DNA of 64,000 nucleotides from Candidatus Nanohaloarchaea archaeon (GTDB lineage Archaea; Nanohalarchaeota; Nanosalinia; Nanosalinales; Nanosalinaceae): NCBI GenBank assembly GCA_041640035.1, contig JBEQBC010000001.1, positions 160,001 to 224,000 of the forward strand, read 5' to 3'. Shown piece by piece: positions 41,578 to 51,245 of this stretch (position 1 is its first letter; each line of letters starts with the position of its first letter). The notes under the pieces were generated by a model. It saw only the letters and a program-made list of their open reading frames with translations, ran no database searches and was not told where the DNA came from. The position numbers and the translations under genes were made by a program.

Positions 41578-41643
41578 GTCAAAAACGGACTCAGTCAAAC
41601 AGGTTTCAAAATCTGAAATAAATTTCTCCGGCGGTGAGCTTCT

Positions 41644-42849
41644 GTGAAACGAAGCCAGCTGTTCGCAACAATATCCAAGGAGGAGCAGTCAGGTCTAGAC
41701 TGTCGCAGCGCCGAACTGATGGTGAAAGCCGGACTGGTGAAAAACTTCGGCACCGGCACATGGAGCTACACACATCTAGGTGAAAAAGTACTCGAAAACC
41801 TGGAATCGATCATCAGGGAACAGATGGATGACATCGGTCAGGAGGTCCGGATGAACCAGTTACAGACCTCAGAGATCTGGAAGGAAAGCGGCAGATGGCA
41901 GAACTTCGAGGGAGAAGAGTTCTTCAACTTCAAGAACCGTGACGACAAGGACTTCACCATCTCCGCAACCCATGAAGAAGCAGCAACAGAACTCGCCAAG
42001 GACTACATCCGTAGTTACAGAGACCTTGACCTCACGATCTATCAGATAGGCAGGAAGTACAGGGACGACCATGCAAGAAAGGGCTTACTGAGAGCGAAAG
42101 AGTTCATTATGAAAGATGCCTACAGCTTCCACAGAGATCAGGAATCACTTGACCAGAAATACAACAAGTTCATCGAATCCTACACACGGATCTTCGAAAA
42201 GATGGGATTAGAATTCTCCAGGGTAGAAGCTGATAACGGATCGATGGGAGGCAACCGTTCCCATGAATTCATGGCAGAGTCTGAGGTCGGAAGCGACACC
42301 TACCTCAAATGCACGAACCAGGAATGCCGATACGCCTCCAAAGACATGGAAGTAGACAAATGTGAAGAATGTGGATCAGATCTCAGAAAGGTTAACGGTA
42401 TCGAGATAGGTCACTGCTTCCAGTTACAGCACCGGTACAGTGAAGCCATGGATCTAACATTCACAGATCAGAATGGAGAGGAACAAAATGTACTCATGGC
42501 ATCATACGGTATCGGTGTATCCCGCCTGATCTCAGCTATCATCGAACAAAACAACGATGAAAGCGGTATCACCTGGAATCGAAAAGTCTCAGCCTTCACT
42601 ACAGCCGTGATTGTAGCAGGTGAGGAAAAAGAACTGGTGGAAAAAGCTGATGAAGTTCAGGAAGCATTGGATGAAGAAGCTCTAATCTTTGATGGTGATA
42701 GATCTGTTGGAGAGAAGTTTGCTGAAGCCGACCTGATAGGTGTGAACAGGAAAGTTATCCTAGGTAACAACTACCTCGAAACAGGCAAGATCGAGGTAGA
42801 GACTAGGTCTGGAGAAACCACGGAGGTGGAGAAAGCCACGGATCTATAA
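41644..42849 (+). CDS. proS: Prolyl-tRNA synthetase, bacterial type (short, no full INS domain), proline-free
   Basis: WKESGRW, THEE, YQIGRKYRD, LLRAKEFIMKDAYSF, GIEIGHCFQL, SYGIGVSR, GEKFAEADLIG; GGTGA 6 nt before GTG. Confidence 0.92.
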   Translation: MKRSQLFATISKEEQSGLDCRSAELMVKAGLVKNFGTGTWSYTHLGEKVLENLESIIREQMDDIGQEVRMNQLQTSEIWKESGRWQNFEGEEFFNFKNRDDKDFTISATHEEAATELAKDYIRSYRDLDLTIYQIGRKYRDDHARKGLLRAKEFIMKDAYSFHRDQESLDQKYNKFIESYTRIFEKMGLEFSRVEADNGSMGGNRSHEFMAESEVGSDTYLKCTNQECRYASKDMEVDKCEECGSDLRKVNGIEIGHCFQLQHRYSEAMDLTFTDQNGEEQNVLMASYGIGVSRLISAIIEQNNDESGITWNRKVSAFTTAVIVAGEEKELVEKADEVQEALDEEALIFDGDRSVGEKFAEADLIGVNRKVILGNNYLETGKIEVETRSGETTEVEKATDL

Positions 42850-42912
42850 CCTCAATTTCTTACATTTCTTCTTCCGTTTAGTTTAAAGTATTTCTTCAGT
42901 ACATCTACAGAT

Positions 42913-43686
42913 ATGGCGATGAAGTCCGCTAAAACTATACTTGAAGATATGATTGAAAAGGGAAGTCATGAGATCGATAGAGATGCAGACGGACTTTTCC
43001 TATCCAGCCTCTCGGCAGGCCTGGATATCGGATTCGGACCACTTCTTATGGGAGTAATACTAACTCTGGCAACAACAGGATACGGAAACCTGGGTACAGA
43101 ACTGCTACTGGCTTCCGCCTATTCAGTAGGATTCATATTCGTTATATTAGGCCGTTCAGAACTTTTCACCGAACATACCACTTTAGCGGTGATGCCGGTG
43201 ATAGACGGCAAATCATCACTGAAACAACTGGCAAGACTTTGGGGAATAGTTTACGCAGGGAATATAATCGGCGGTATAATCTTCACAGGTCTTGCAGTAC
43301 TGTTGATGCCGGGACTGGGAGTTATCGAGCAGGCAGCTTTCGGAACAATCGCGGACAAGCTGATCAGTCACCCTGTTCACTGGCTTCTGATAGCAGGGAT
43401 CTTCGCAGGCTGGCTGATGGGGCTCCTAGCATGGCTTGTAACCTCAGCAGAAAACACGATAGGCAGAGTATTCTTCATCTGGATGGTTACAGCAACTATC
43501 GGAATGCTTCACCTACCTCACAGCATTGCAGGAAATGTAGAAGTCCTCCTAGGATTATTCACCTCCTCGGTAACCGTCATGGAGTACATTACATTCCTAT
43601 CGGTATCAACAGTAGGTAATGCAATCGGAGGAGCATTCTTCGTAGCCTTGATGAAGTACGGACATGTAACAAGAGGCGGAAAATAA
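42913..43686 (+). CDS. Formate/nitrite transporter family protein (YfdC-like)
   Basis: ELFTEHT, GNIIGG, HSIAG, GNAIGG. Confidence 0.9.
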   Translation: MAMKSAKTILEDMIEKGSHEIDRDADGLFLSSLSAGLDIGFGPLLMGVILTLATTGYGNLGTELLLASAYSVGFIFVILGRSELFTEHTTLAVMPVIDGKSSLKQLARLWGIVYAGNIIGGIIFTGLAVLLMPGLGVIEQAAFGTIADKLISHPVHWLLIAGIFAGWLMGLLAWLVTSAENTIGRVFFIWMVTATIGMLHLPHSIAGNVEVLLGLFTSSVTVMEYITFLSVSTVGNAIGGAFFVALMKYGHVTRGGK

Positions 43687-43715
43687 AAAACAGAGACTAG
43701 GTAAAATTTCCTTAT

Positions 43716-44324
43716 ATGGACTTCAGGGAACTGGCTTCGTGGCTTGAAGAACTGGATAGTTCTGTTGATCTTGAGGAGAAGTTAGCTCTTGTTTTCCTGC
43801 TTACTGATGTCAAGCCCGGTGTGGTTCTGATGGGTGTCAGCAAAGGTTCGAATATCTACGATTTTGCTGAAGAGTTTGATCTCAAAGTCCTGCATGTTGA
43901 TGGGGAGGACCGCTCACTTCTGAACCGTTTACTCGGCAGAGACAACCGTTTCCAGAAAGACACGGTATTTCTTGCGGAAGACGGACAGAGATTCGAAGTA
44001 CTTGAAGACGAAGAACCAGGTTTCGCCGGCTTCACAGATGAATCCGTAGGAGAGTTTCTGGGCTATCCTGAAAGCTCGCTGGAGTACTATGGCTCTGTAG
44101 AGGCACCGGGACATGATTTCCGTGAAAAGATAGAAGATCTGGATTTCAGTGAAGAGCAGCTGAAGTACCTGAACCTTGTCTTCTATGTACCGGCTCCAGA
44201 GGAGGAGCAAGTTGAGGAAGCAATCCAGGAAGGAAAGAGAAGAGCTGAAAAACTAGAGGATTTATCTGATGAGACCAATGTGGATCTGTTTGATGAGTAC
44301 AGGGAGAGAGTTTTGAGTGACTGA
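43716..44324 (+). CDS. Hypothetical protein
   Basis: 202 aa acidic ORF, GEFLGYP motif. Confidence 0.7.
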   Translation: MDFRELASWLEELDSSVDLEEKLALVFLLTDVKPGVVLMGVSKGSNIYDFAEEFDLKVLHVDGEDRSLLNRLLGRDNRFQKDTVFLAEDGQRFEVLEDEEPGFAGFTDESVGEFLGYPESSLEYYGSVEAPGHDFREKIEDLDFSEEQLKYLNLVFYVPAPEEEQVEEAIQEGKRRAEKLEDLSDETNVDLFDEYRERVLSD

Positions 44325-44381
44325 AGTTACTTTCAAAACAGTTCACGGGGAAAACGGTTACAGAGGTATTCAAAAAATACT

Positions 44382-45860
44382 ATGTCACAGGAACTCGGAA
44401 TAACGGTCAAGAAAGACCAGGACCCTTCTGAATGGTACACACAGGTAGTCAAAAAAGCAGATCTAGCGGATTATGCACCGGTCAAAGGATGCATGGTCAT
44501 CAAACCGTACGGAATGAAACTATGGGAATCAATTAAAGAGGACTTCGACTCCAAGATACAGGACACAGGAGTTGACAACGCATACTTCCCATTATTCATA
44601 CCGGAAAGCTACCTTGAGAAAGAAAGCGATATTGTAGAAGGATTTGATCCCGAAGTTGCCTGGGTAACTCACGGCGGTAACAAAGAATTGGAAGAACGCC
44701 TGGCTGTACGCCCAACAAGCGAGTCAATCATCGCACCTTTCATGAGCGACTGGATCCGCAGCCATCGAGACCTTCCCATGAGGCTTAATCAATGGGCGAA
44801 TGTGGTTCGATGGGAGGCAACCGACACAAGGCCGTTCCTCCGTACCAGAGAATTCCTCTGGCAGGAAGGGCATACTGCTCACGCGTCCGAGGAAGGTGCT
44901 GACGAGGAGACAATGCTACGGCTTGAACAGTACCGAGAAGTAATCGAAGACCACCTCGCAATCCCATCAATTCTAGGATACAAGCCAGAGCACGACAAGT
45001 TCCCTGGAGCAAAATATACTACAACTATCGAAACCCTGATGCCGGACGGAAAAAGCATCCAGTCAGGAACAAGTCATCAATTAGGTCAGCACTTTGCAGA
45101 AGCCTTCGATATAACATACGAGGGAAGAGATAGCAACGAGAACACTGCATGGACCACAAGCTGGGGACTATCCACCCGTACAATCGGAGCACTCATCATG
45201 GCGCATGGAGACGATGACGGTCTTCGACTCCCTCCAAGCATCGCACCAAAACAGGTCGTAGTAGTACCTATCTTCCAGGAGGACAACAAGGAGGAAGTAA
45301 TGGATTATGCGGAAGAAGTCTCAGATAGTCTTGAAGAACAGGGTGTTCGTGTGGAGTTTGATTACAGAGAGCATCGTACCCCTGGCTACAAGTTCAATGA
45401 GTGGGAGCTGAAGGGAGTGCCTCTCAGGGTAGAGGTCGGACCGAACGAGATGGAAGATGAAGCAGTTACAACTGTGAGACGAGACACCGGAGACAAGGAG
45501 ATGGGTCTCGATCGTGAAGAGTTCATAGAAACTGCAGAAGAAACTCTCGACGACATCCAGGAGTCAATGTACAACGAACTGGAAGAATACCTTGAAGAAA
45601 ACATTCGAGAAGCAGAATCTAAAAACGAGATCCTTGCCACCATCGGCAAGAACCGGGGATATGTCAAAACCCGATGGTGCGGAGACGAAGAATGCGAAGA
45701 AGAAATCAAAGACGAAGTCAGTGCGGAGATCGTCGTACTACCATTCCAGGAAGACTCCAAACCAGCCACCATCCAGGATGAGGATGAAGAGATCGACGGC
45801 GAATGTAGCATCTGCGGAGAAGAAGCAGAACGCTGGGCATACTTCGCAAAGAACTACTGA
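44382..45860 (+). CDS. proS: Prolyl-tRNA synthetase, archaeal/eukaryal type
   Basis: RPTSE, QWANVVRWE, FLRTREFLWQEGHT, SWGLSTR, C-terminal Zn domain ending AKNY. Confidence 0.97.
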   Translation: MSQELGITVKKDQDPSEWYTQVVKKADLADYAPVKGCMVIKPYGMKLWESIKEDFDSKIQDTGVDNAYFPLFIPESYLEKESDIVEGFDPEVAWVTHGGNKELEERLAVRPTSESIIAPFMSDWIRSHRDLPMRLNQWANVVRWEATDTRPFLRTREFLWQEGHTAHASEEGADEETMLRLEQYREVIEDHLAIPSILGYKPEHDKFPGAKYTTTIETLMPDGKSIQSGTSHQLGQHFAEAFDITYEGRDSNENTAWTTSWGLSTRTIGALIMAHGDDDGLRLPPSIAPKQVVVVPIFQEDNKEEVMDYAEEVSDSLEEQGVRVEFDYREHRTPGYKFNEWELKGVPLRVEVGPNEMEDEAVTTVRRDTGDKEMGLDREEFIETAEETLDDIQESMYNELEEYLEENIREAESKNEILATIGKNRGYVKTRWCGDEECEEEIKDEVSAEIVVLPFQEDSKPATIQDEDEEIDGECSICGEEAERWAYFAKNY

Positions 45861-45902
45861 ATTTCGATATATTTTTTATTCTTTTCTTCTATCAATAGCC
45901 TA

Positions 45903-47474
45903 ATGGAGCTAGGAGAGAAATTGGATGTGCGTTTGGCTTGGAATAAGACCAAATTTGCTTATGGAGATCGTTCATTTGTTGATAGCCCTTATTTTGTAGA
46001 TTTGTTGAACGAAAATCGAGGTGAGTGGTTATCTCGCGTAGAAGAAGACTTAAATCAAGGTTATAATACGAACAATTCTAGAATTGCTGATATGCCTAAA
46101 GGAAATTTCCATGTGCGTCCTGTCTCTATATTAAAAATTTCTGACTCTTTAATTTACTCTGCTCTTTTAGTTGAGTTACATGAGGATATTGCTGAAACAA
46201 TTAGTTGGTCGGAGGGAATCTATAGATATTCGCATATATTAAAACAAGATATAGAGGACAAGAAATGGCTTGAATACTATTATGATTATTGGCAAAGTTG
46301 GAATGATAAATCTCGCCGATTGATATCTGAGGATTATAACTATGTGGTTTTCAGTGATGTAGCTGGTTTTTATGAGAATATTTCAATTAAACGGTTAATT
46401 TCAGATCTTAGGCAAATATCAGATAAGGATGAGGTTATTAACCAGCTGAGAGATTGTCTCCAAACTTGGGCAGAGCCTAGAAACTCTGGAATTCCGCAAG
46501 GTTATTATCCTTCGGATATACTCGCCGAAGTATATCATAACTCTATAGATAAACGGCTTAGTAATAATGGATATAAGTTCCTGAGATACAATGATGATTT
46601 GAGAATATTTACGGAGACCAAAGAGGAGGCAAAATTAGCTCTCAAATATTTATCTAACTTATATAGGGAGAAAGGCCTTAATTTGCATTCTGCGAAGACT
46701 TCTATTCTGGCAAAAAATAAAGCTGAGAAAAGAATAGATGAAGTGGATGACAATATTAAGAAAATCCAGGAAGCTCAGGAAGCGACAGAAATTGACTGGG
46801 ATGCTGAATGGGAAGAAGTCATTAGTTATGGGGATGAATCTAAGGAGAATGAAGAACGAAAAGAGGATAAGAGACCTAGCCAAGATTTGGTTGAAGATGC
46901 CTTCAAAAAGTTCTATATTGATGACGAAGAGGAGGGCAATAAGCATTTATTCCGGTTCTTGGTTAGCAATCTAGGTTATCACAAGAGCCAAACTGGAGTG
47001 GAATATTGTATAAACCATATTAAGGAGGGGAGGAGAGATATATCAAAAATATTAGAGGGTTATTTTTCTGAGTTAGATAATAAAAAAGATATTGGAGATA
47101 TGCTTGCGGAAATGCTGGCTAATGATGAGCTAATTTACTCTTATCAGACTTATTATATTGTAAGATGGTTATTTGAAGAAGAAATTAGATCTGAAAAAAT
47201 ACTTACTGCTATAAGATCGTGCTTAGATAAAGCTAAGATGCAGGAAACTCGGAATTATTGTATCGCGTATCTTGGTGAGTTTGGAGATAATTCAGATCTT
47301 GATAAAATTCAAAAGGAATATCACGAGGAAATAAGCCCAGTTACTAAATCCATTATTGTTATCGCTCTATATAGAATGGAGAAGTCTCGCAGAAATGCAT
47401 TTTATGGGAGAATAGAAGATGATCATGAATTTGTCCGGTATGCTATCGAAAAAGCTAAAAATAAAAGTCACTAA
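45903..47474 (+). CDS. Reverse transcriptase, Abi/UG (DRT)-like, with helical C-terminal domain
   Basis: PKG..RP, SDVAGFYENI, GIPQGYYPSDILAE, LRYNDD, GLNLHSAKT; AT-rich. Confidence 0.9.
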   Translation: MELGEKLDVRLAWNKTKFAYGDRSFVDSPYFVDLLNENRGEWLSRVEEDLNQGYNTNNSRIADMPKGNFHVRPVSILKISDSLIYSALLVELHEDIAETISWSEGIYRYSHILKQDIEDKKWLEYYYDYWQSWNDKSRRLISEDYNYVVFSDVAGFYENISIKRLISDLRQISDKDEVINQLRDCLQTWAEPRNSGIPQGYYPSDILAEVYHNSIDKRLSNNGYKFLRYNDDLRIFTETKEEAKLALKYLSNLYREKGLNLHSAKTSILAKNKAEKRIDEVDDNIKKIQEAQEATEIDWDAEWEEVISYGDESKENEERKEDKRPSQDLVEDAFKKFYIDDEEEGNKHLFRFLVSNLGYHKSQTGVEYCINHIKEGRRDISKILEGYFSELDNKKDIGDMLAEMLANDELIYSYQTYYIVRWLFEEEIRSEKILTAIRSCLDKAKMQETRNYCIAYLGEFGDNSDLDKIQKEYHEEISPVTKSIIVIALYRMEKSRRNAFYGRIEDDHEFVRYAIEKAKNKSH

Positions 47475-47534
47475 TTTTACCGCTTAACTCTAATTGCTTT
47501 TGATTCTTAAATCTCAGGTCTCATTTACGACTTT

Positions 47535-48803
47535 GTGATACTCAAAAACATCCGATACCTGGTTACTCAGAACCGTGAAAGGGAGATTTTGGAGAATGTT
47601 GACATCTTGATTAGTGGTTCTGAGATTGCTGCGATCGGAAGAGATATTCCGGAAGGCAATCACGAAGTCCTTGACTGCAGTGATAAGGTTGTTATGCCGG
47701 GTTTGATTAATGCTCATACTCATGCTTCTATGACTCTTTTGCGTGGTATCTCCGACAATAAGGAACTGCAGGAGTGGCTTGAACAGGATATCTTTCCTGC
47801 GGAAGAGAAACTGGATGAGACTGATGCGTATGTAGGTTCTCTCTTGGCTTCGATAGAGATGCTTGAAACCGGTACCACTACTTTCAACGATATGTATGAT
47901 AATATGGATCAGGTAGCTGAAGCAGTGGATCAGACCGGTATCCGTGCGGTTCTTGGAAGAGGACTGATGGATATGGATGGAGAAATCGAGGAAAGAATGG
48001 AGGAAGCAGTTGACCTGGTGGAGAACTACAGTAGTCATGAGCGGATCACTGCCTGTTTCGCACCTCACGCCGTATACACTGCTTCAGAACAGCTTTTACT
48101 GGAGGCCAAGGACTGTGCAGAAATATTCAACACGCCGTATCACATACATGTATCTGAGACAGAGCAGGAGAAGCTTGATGCTATGGAGGAACAGGGAGAA
48201 ACACCTCTCGAATACTTGGACCAGCTCGGACTCGTAAATGATGATTTAGTAGCTGCTCACGGTGTCTGGCTCACTGAAACAGAGAAAGAATTACTTGAGA
48301 ACCAGGGCGGAAATGTGGTACACAATCCTGCAGCTAATCTCAAACTGGGAAGCGGTATCGCAGATGTACCCGATCTACTCAACCGAGGGATAAATGTAGC
48401 TCTGGGAACAGATGGAGTAGCATCCAACAACAACCTGAACCTTTTCGAGGAAGCCAAGCTAACATCTATCCTTCATAAGAGAGGTTCTCCTGAGGATATC
48501 GATGAGCAGCAAGTCCTTGATATGGCGACGATCAACGGAGCGAAAGCATTAGGAATCAATGATCAAGTAGGTTCTATCGAACTAGGTAAACAAGCTGATC
48601 TGATAACGATAAGTCTTGATAAGCCGTCGATGAATCCGGTTCACGGGGAAAGAGGATTGATATCCAACCTTGTGTACTCCTTCAGCGGCGATGTAGATGA
48701 AGTGATTGTGAACGGTGATCTTAAAGTGAAGAACGGAGAAGTTCAAACTGTTAAGAAAGATAGGATAGTTGAAGAGGCTTCCTCCCGTTCCAGCAAGTTC
48801 TAG
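47535..48803 (+). CDS. Amidohydrolase, MTA/SAH deaminase family
   Basis: PGLINAHTH, APHA.YT, HIHVSET, AHGVW, LGTDG.ASNN. Confidence 0.9.
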   Translation: MILKNIRYLVTQNREREILENVDILISGSEIAAIGRDIPEGNHEVLDCSDKVVMPGLINAHTHASMTLLRGISDNKELQEWLEQDIFPAEEKLDETDAYVGSLLASIEMLETGTTTFNDMYDNMDQVAEAVDQTGIRAVLGRGLMDMDGEIEERMEEAVDLVENYSSHERITACFAPHAVYTASEQLLLEAKDCAEIFNTPYHIHVSETEQEKLDAMEEQGETPLEYLDQLGLVNDDLVAAHGVWLTETEKELLENQGGNVVHNPAANLKLGSGIADVPDLLNRGINVALGTDGVASNNNLNLFEEAKLTSILHKRGSPEDIDEQQVLDMATINGAKALGINDQVGSIELGKQADLITISLDKPSMNPVHGERGLISNLVYSFSGDVDEVIVNGDLKVKNGEVQTVKKDRIVEEASSRSSKF

Positions 48804-49858
48804 TAATTTCTGAGGAACTCCTTGATAATTCTCTCAAACTTTTGCATACTCTGCTTTAAAATGTACTCTTCGTCGCCATGAATTCCACCACCTTTTGGAC
48901 CCATTACAACGCTGGGTACATCTTGTTCCGAGAAATGCCGCATATCACTCGCTGCAGTCTTCCTCTCCAAGACAGCTTCACTCCTTTCTGAAGCGATATC
49001 CAAGAGTTTCTGAACATTCTGATCTTCTCTATCAGTTTTCAGCTTCGGATCAACATGAGTCATATCCCATTCAAGCCCCTCTATTTCACTCAAGTCCTCT
49101 CTGATCTCTTCAGGACTATACTCCTCAGTATATCTGATATCCAGCCCTGCTTCAGCCTCATCCGGGACCACATTCATCGCACCCGGCGATTCAAAGTATC
49201 CAAGGTTGACAGTTGTCGTCCATTCTCCTTCCTCGTTCCTGAAGTTCTCTCTGAACTCGGAGTATTTGCTCCACAGCTTTTCAGCAGCGTTTTCACCATT
49301 CCAAGGCTGCGATCCGTGCGCATTATCCCCCTTGGCTTTTAGTTTCAGCCGGATTACTCCTTTCTGATCTGTGACTATCTGCATCTCGTTTTCGCTGGAG
49401 TTAGGTTCAGCGCTTAACGCAAATTCAGGGCTGTATTCCTTTGCGAGTGGTTGCGCGCCGTCGAAACCACCGATTTCCTCATCTGAAACAATCATCAGAC
49501 CTACTGATCCAAGTTGATTCTCTTCTGATAGTTCTTTGACTGCTTTCATGAGGCATGCAAGCCCTGATTTCATGTCTGCTGCGCCTCTGCCGTAGATTTT
49601 TTCCTCGTCCTCTGAAGGTTCGAACATTTCCTCATTGGCATCTACCACATCTAGATGGCCGTGAAGCAAGACATCTGGGTCTTCCTCCGTGGATATGACC
49701 ATAGTTGTGTGTCCATTTATCTCATGGCGGCGTATATCCAAATCTGTGTTGCTGAAGTAGTTCTCTATGTATTGGAATCCTCTTTCGAACTCTTCTGTGT
49801 TTTCTTTGACTGTTCTGAATTTGACAAGGCTTTTCGTGATCTGTTCCAAGCTTTCCAT
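48800..49858 (-). CDS. M20 metallopeptidase (ArgE/DapE-like)
   Basis: HGHLDVV, YGRGAADMK, DEEIGG, IHGDEE. Confidence 0.92.
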   Translation of the reverse strand: MESLEQITKSLVKFRTVKENTEEFERGFQYIENYFSNTDLDIRRHEINGHTTMVISTEEDPDVLLHGHLDVVDANEEMFEPSEDEEKIYGRGAADMKSGLACLMKAVKELSEENQLGSVGLMIVSDEEIGGFDGAQPLAKEYSPEFALSAEPNSSENEMQIVTDQKGVIRLKLKAKGDNAHGSQPWNGENAAEKLWSKYSEFRENFRNEEGEWTTTVNLGYFESPGAMNVVPDEAEAGLDIRYTEEYSPEEIREDLSEIEGLEWDMTHVDPKLKTDREDQNVQKLLDIASERSEAVLERKTAASDMRHFSEQDVPSVVMGPKGGGIHGDEEYILKQSMQKFERIIKEFLRNY

Positions 49859-49862
49859 AATT

Positions 49863-51041
49863 TTACACCTCTAATGCCTGTGAAGTACCGTAATCTGTAT
49901 CTTCCTCTGCATCGCTGTACGGTATGCCGGCTTCATCCATGAATTCGGCAGCTTCGTTTACAAACTGTTTGACATATGTCTCATCGGATGGACGGTACTG
50001 AAGTTCTAAGGCGTCACGGTTTTCATCTCCTGACTCCAGTTTTCCAGGGTTGAATCCTGCGTACTCGAACCCGAGATCATGTAGTTGCTGGGCTGCATCC
50101 ATACCTGCTGGACTGTTCGCATCAAGCGATATTCCTACCCAGAAGTCGTCGCCTTCGGAGATATCTCTCTGGGCATCGACTATTTCACCGAGCACATCGT
50201 CCCAGGTGTAGTCACCGTCTTCATCCGCTACAACTGATACCTCAGCGAAGTTCATAGGATCATCTTCTGGTTTATCGACTGCCTTGGACTCAACACTGTA
50301 CCTCTGATCTTCCCTACTTTCTGATTCGTTGAGAACATCTCTGGTGATATCTTCCAGGCTCTCATCTCTTTTATCTTCAATATTATCCAGTGCTGAGTTA
50401 ACCAGGCTTTCGGCTTCTTCCGGCGTGTAGACCTCTTCCTGGTCGTTCTCTATACGGCTGTCGGCCCAGAGCATATCCACGACTGTTACTCGGCCTTTTC
50501 CTTCGTAGGCAATCGGGAACTTCTTGTCGTAGACACCTGTTACAGCGAAGTCGTGTTTATCGGCTGTATGTTGTGTGGCTGCGGATTTATCCGCCAGCAA
50601 CTGTGTATTAACTAGGTCTACAGCACCTTGATCCTTTAGCTGAGCGGCTGCATCAAGTCTTTCCTCGAAAAGCCTGTCGTATACGCCCTGTCCTTCAGGT
50701 GTACTGCTTTCCCGGTACTCAGGTACTATTATAGTTGAACCTAGTTCCGCAAGGTTTTCATGGAACTTGATGGCTCCGGCTCCGACAAAATCACGGTTAT
50801 CTTCGTTTTCAACCGCCCATAGCATTTCTTCAGGCGGATCTTCAGGATCTACCTGTTCTGGCATCTCTTCAGTGAACTCTTCGAGTGCTTCTGTGTCTAC
50901 ATATTTTCCGTAGTATTTGACATATTCGTCGTTGAATGCTTCTACTATTTTTTCTGCGTGCTGTGTTTCAGCTGTCTGTATATCCGGTTCTACGGAATCG
51001 TGTTGCGTGGCGTCGTTCTGTGCGTTGTTCTGTATTGACAT
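49863..51041 (-). CDS. GNAT-family acyltransferase, tandem-domain and acidic
   Basis: AELGSTIIVPEYR...GQGV motif A; second degenerate domain LGFEYAGF. Confidence 0.75.
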   Translation of the reverse strand: MSIQNNAQNDATQHDSVEPDIQTAETQHAEKIVEAFNDEYVKYYGKYVDTEALEEFTEEMPEQVDPEDPPEEMLWAVENEDNRDFVGAGAIKFHENLAELGSTIIVPEYRESSTPEGQGVYDRLFEERLDAAAQLKDQGAVDLVNTQLLADKSAATQHTADKHDFAVTGVYDKKFPIAYEGKGRVTVVDMLWADSRIENDQEEVYTPEEAESLVNSALDNIEDKRDESLEDITRDVLNESESREDQRYSVESKAVDKPEDDPMNFAEVSVVADEDGDYTWDDVLGEIVDAQRDISEGDDFWVGISLDANSPAGMDAAQQLHDLGFEYAGFNPGKLESGDENRDALELQYRPSDETYVKQFVNEAAEFMDEAGIPYSDAEEDTDYGTSQALEV

Positions 51042-51110
51042 TATTTTGTCTTAATCACCTGTTGAGAAAGCGGTTCACCCATTTTGGAAATTATAGTTGG
51101 GAAAACCGAT

Positions 51111-51179
51111 TCAGAAGCTATAGAAGTAGAAATAGCTGGAGCTACTCATCAAAGATGCAGATAGAGTGTTTCCAGCCAT
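51111..51179 (-). CDS. Tyr/Phe-rich leader peptide MAGNTLSASLMSSSSYFYFYSF
   Basis: ATG about 25 nt after TATTTAAT; YFYFYSF end; hairpin 51071-51108 follows the stop. Confidence 0.68.
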   Translation of the reverse strand: MAGNTLSASLMSSSSYFYFYSF

Positions 51180-51245
51180 ACCCAAGATGTTACCCGGTGA
51201 TAATTAAATACCTTTTGACTAAGGGAAAGAAGAAAAGGAAGGATA

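Larger units (their letters stand above)
41442..41643 (+). promoter_or_regulatory. Structured 5' leader (candidate attenuator) of auxiliary ProRS
   Basis: Four hairpins: 41451-97, 41505-23, 41547-65, 41573-95. Confidence 0.6.

Noticed and set aside
41442-41643. T-box riboswitch upstream of the auxiliary ProRS
   Set aside because: No UGGNACC antiterminator bulge or specifier stem recognised; the uORFs explain the region better
45903-47474. RT as part of a diversity-generating retroelement, retron or group II intron
   Set aside because: No template/variable repeat pair, Avd gene, msr-msd space or intron domain V seen; motifs and helical tail fit Abi/UG types
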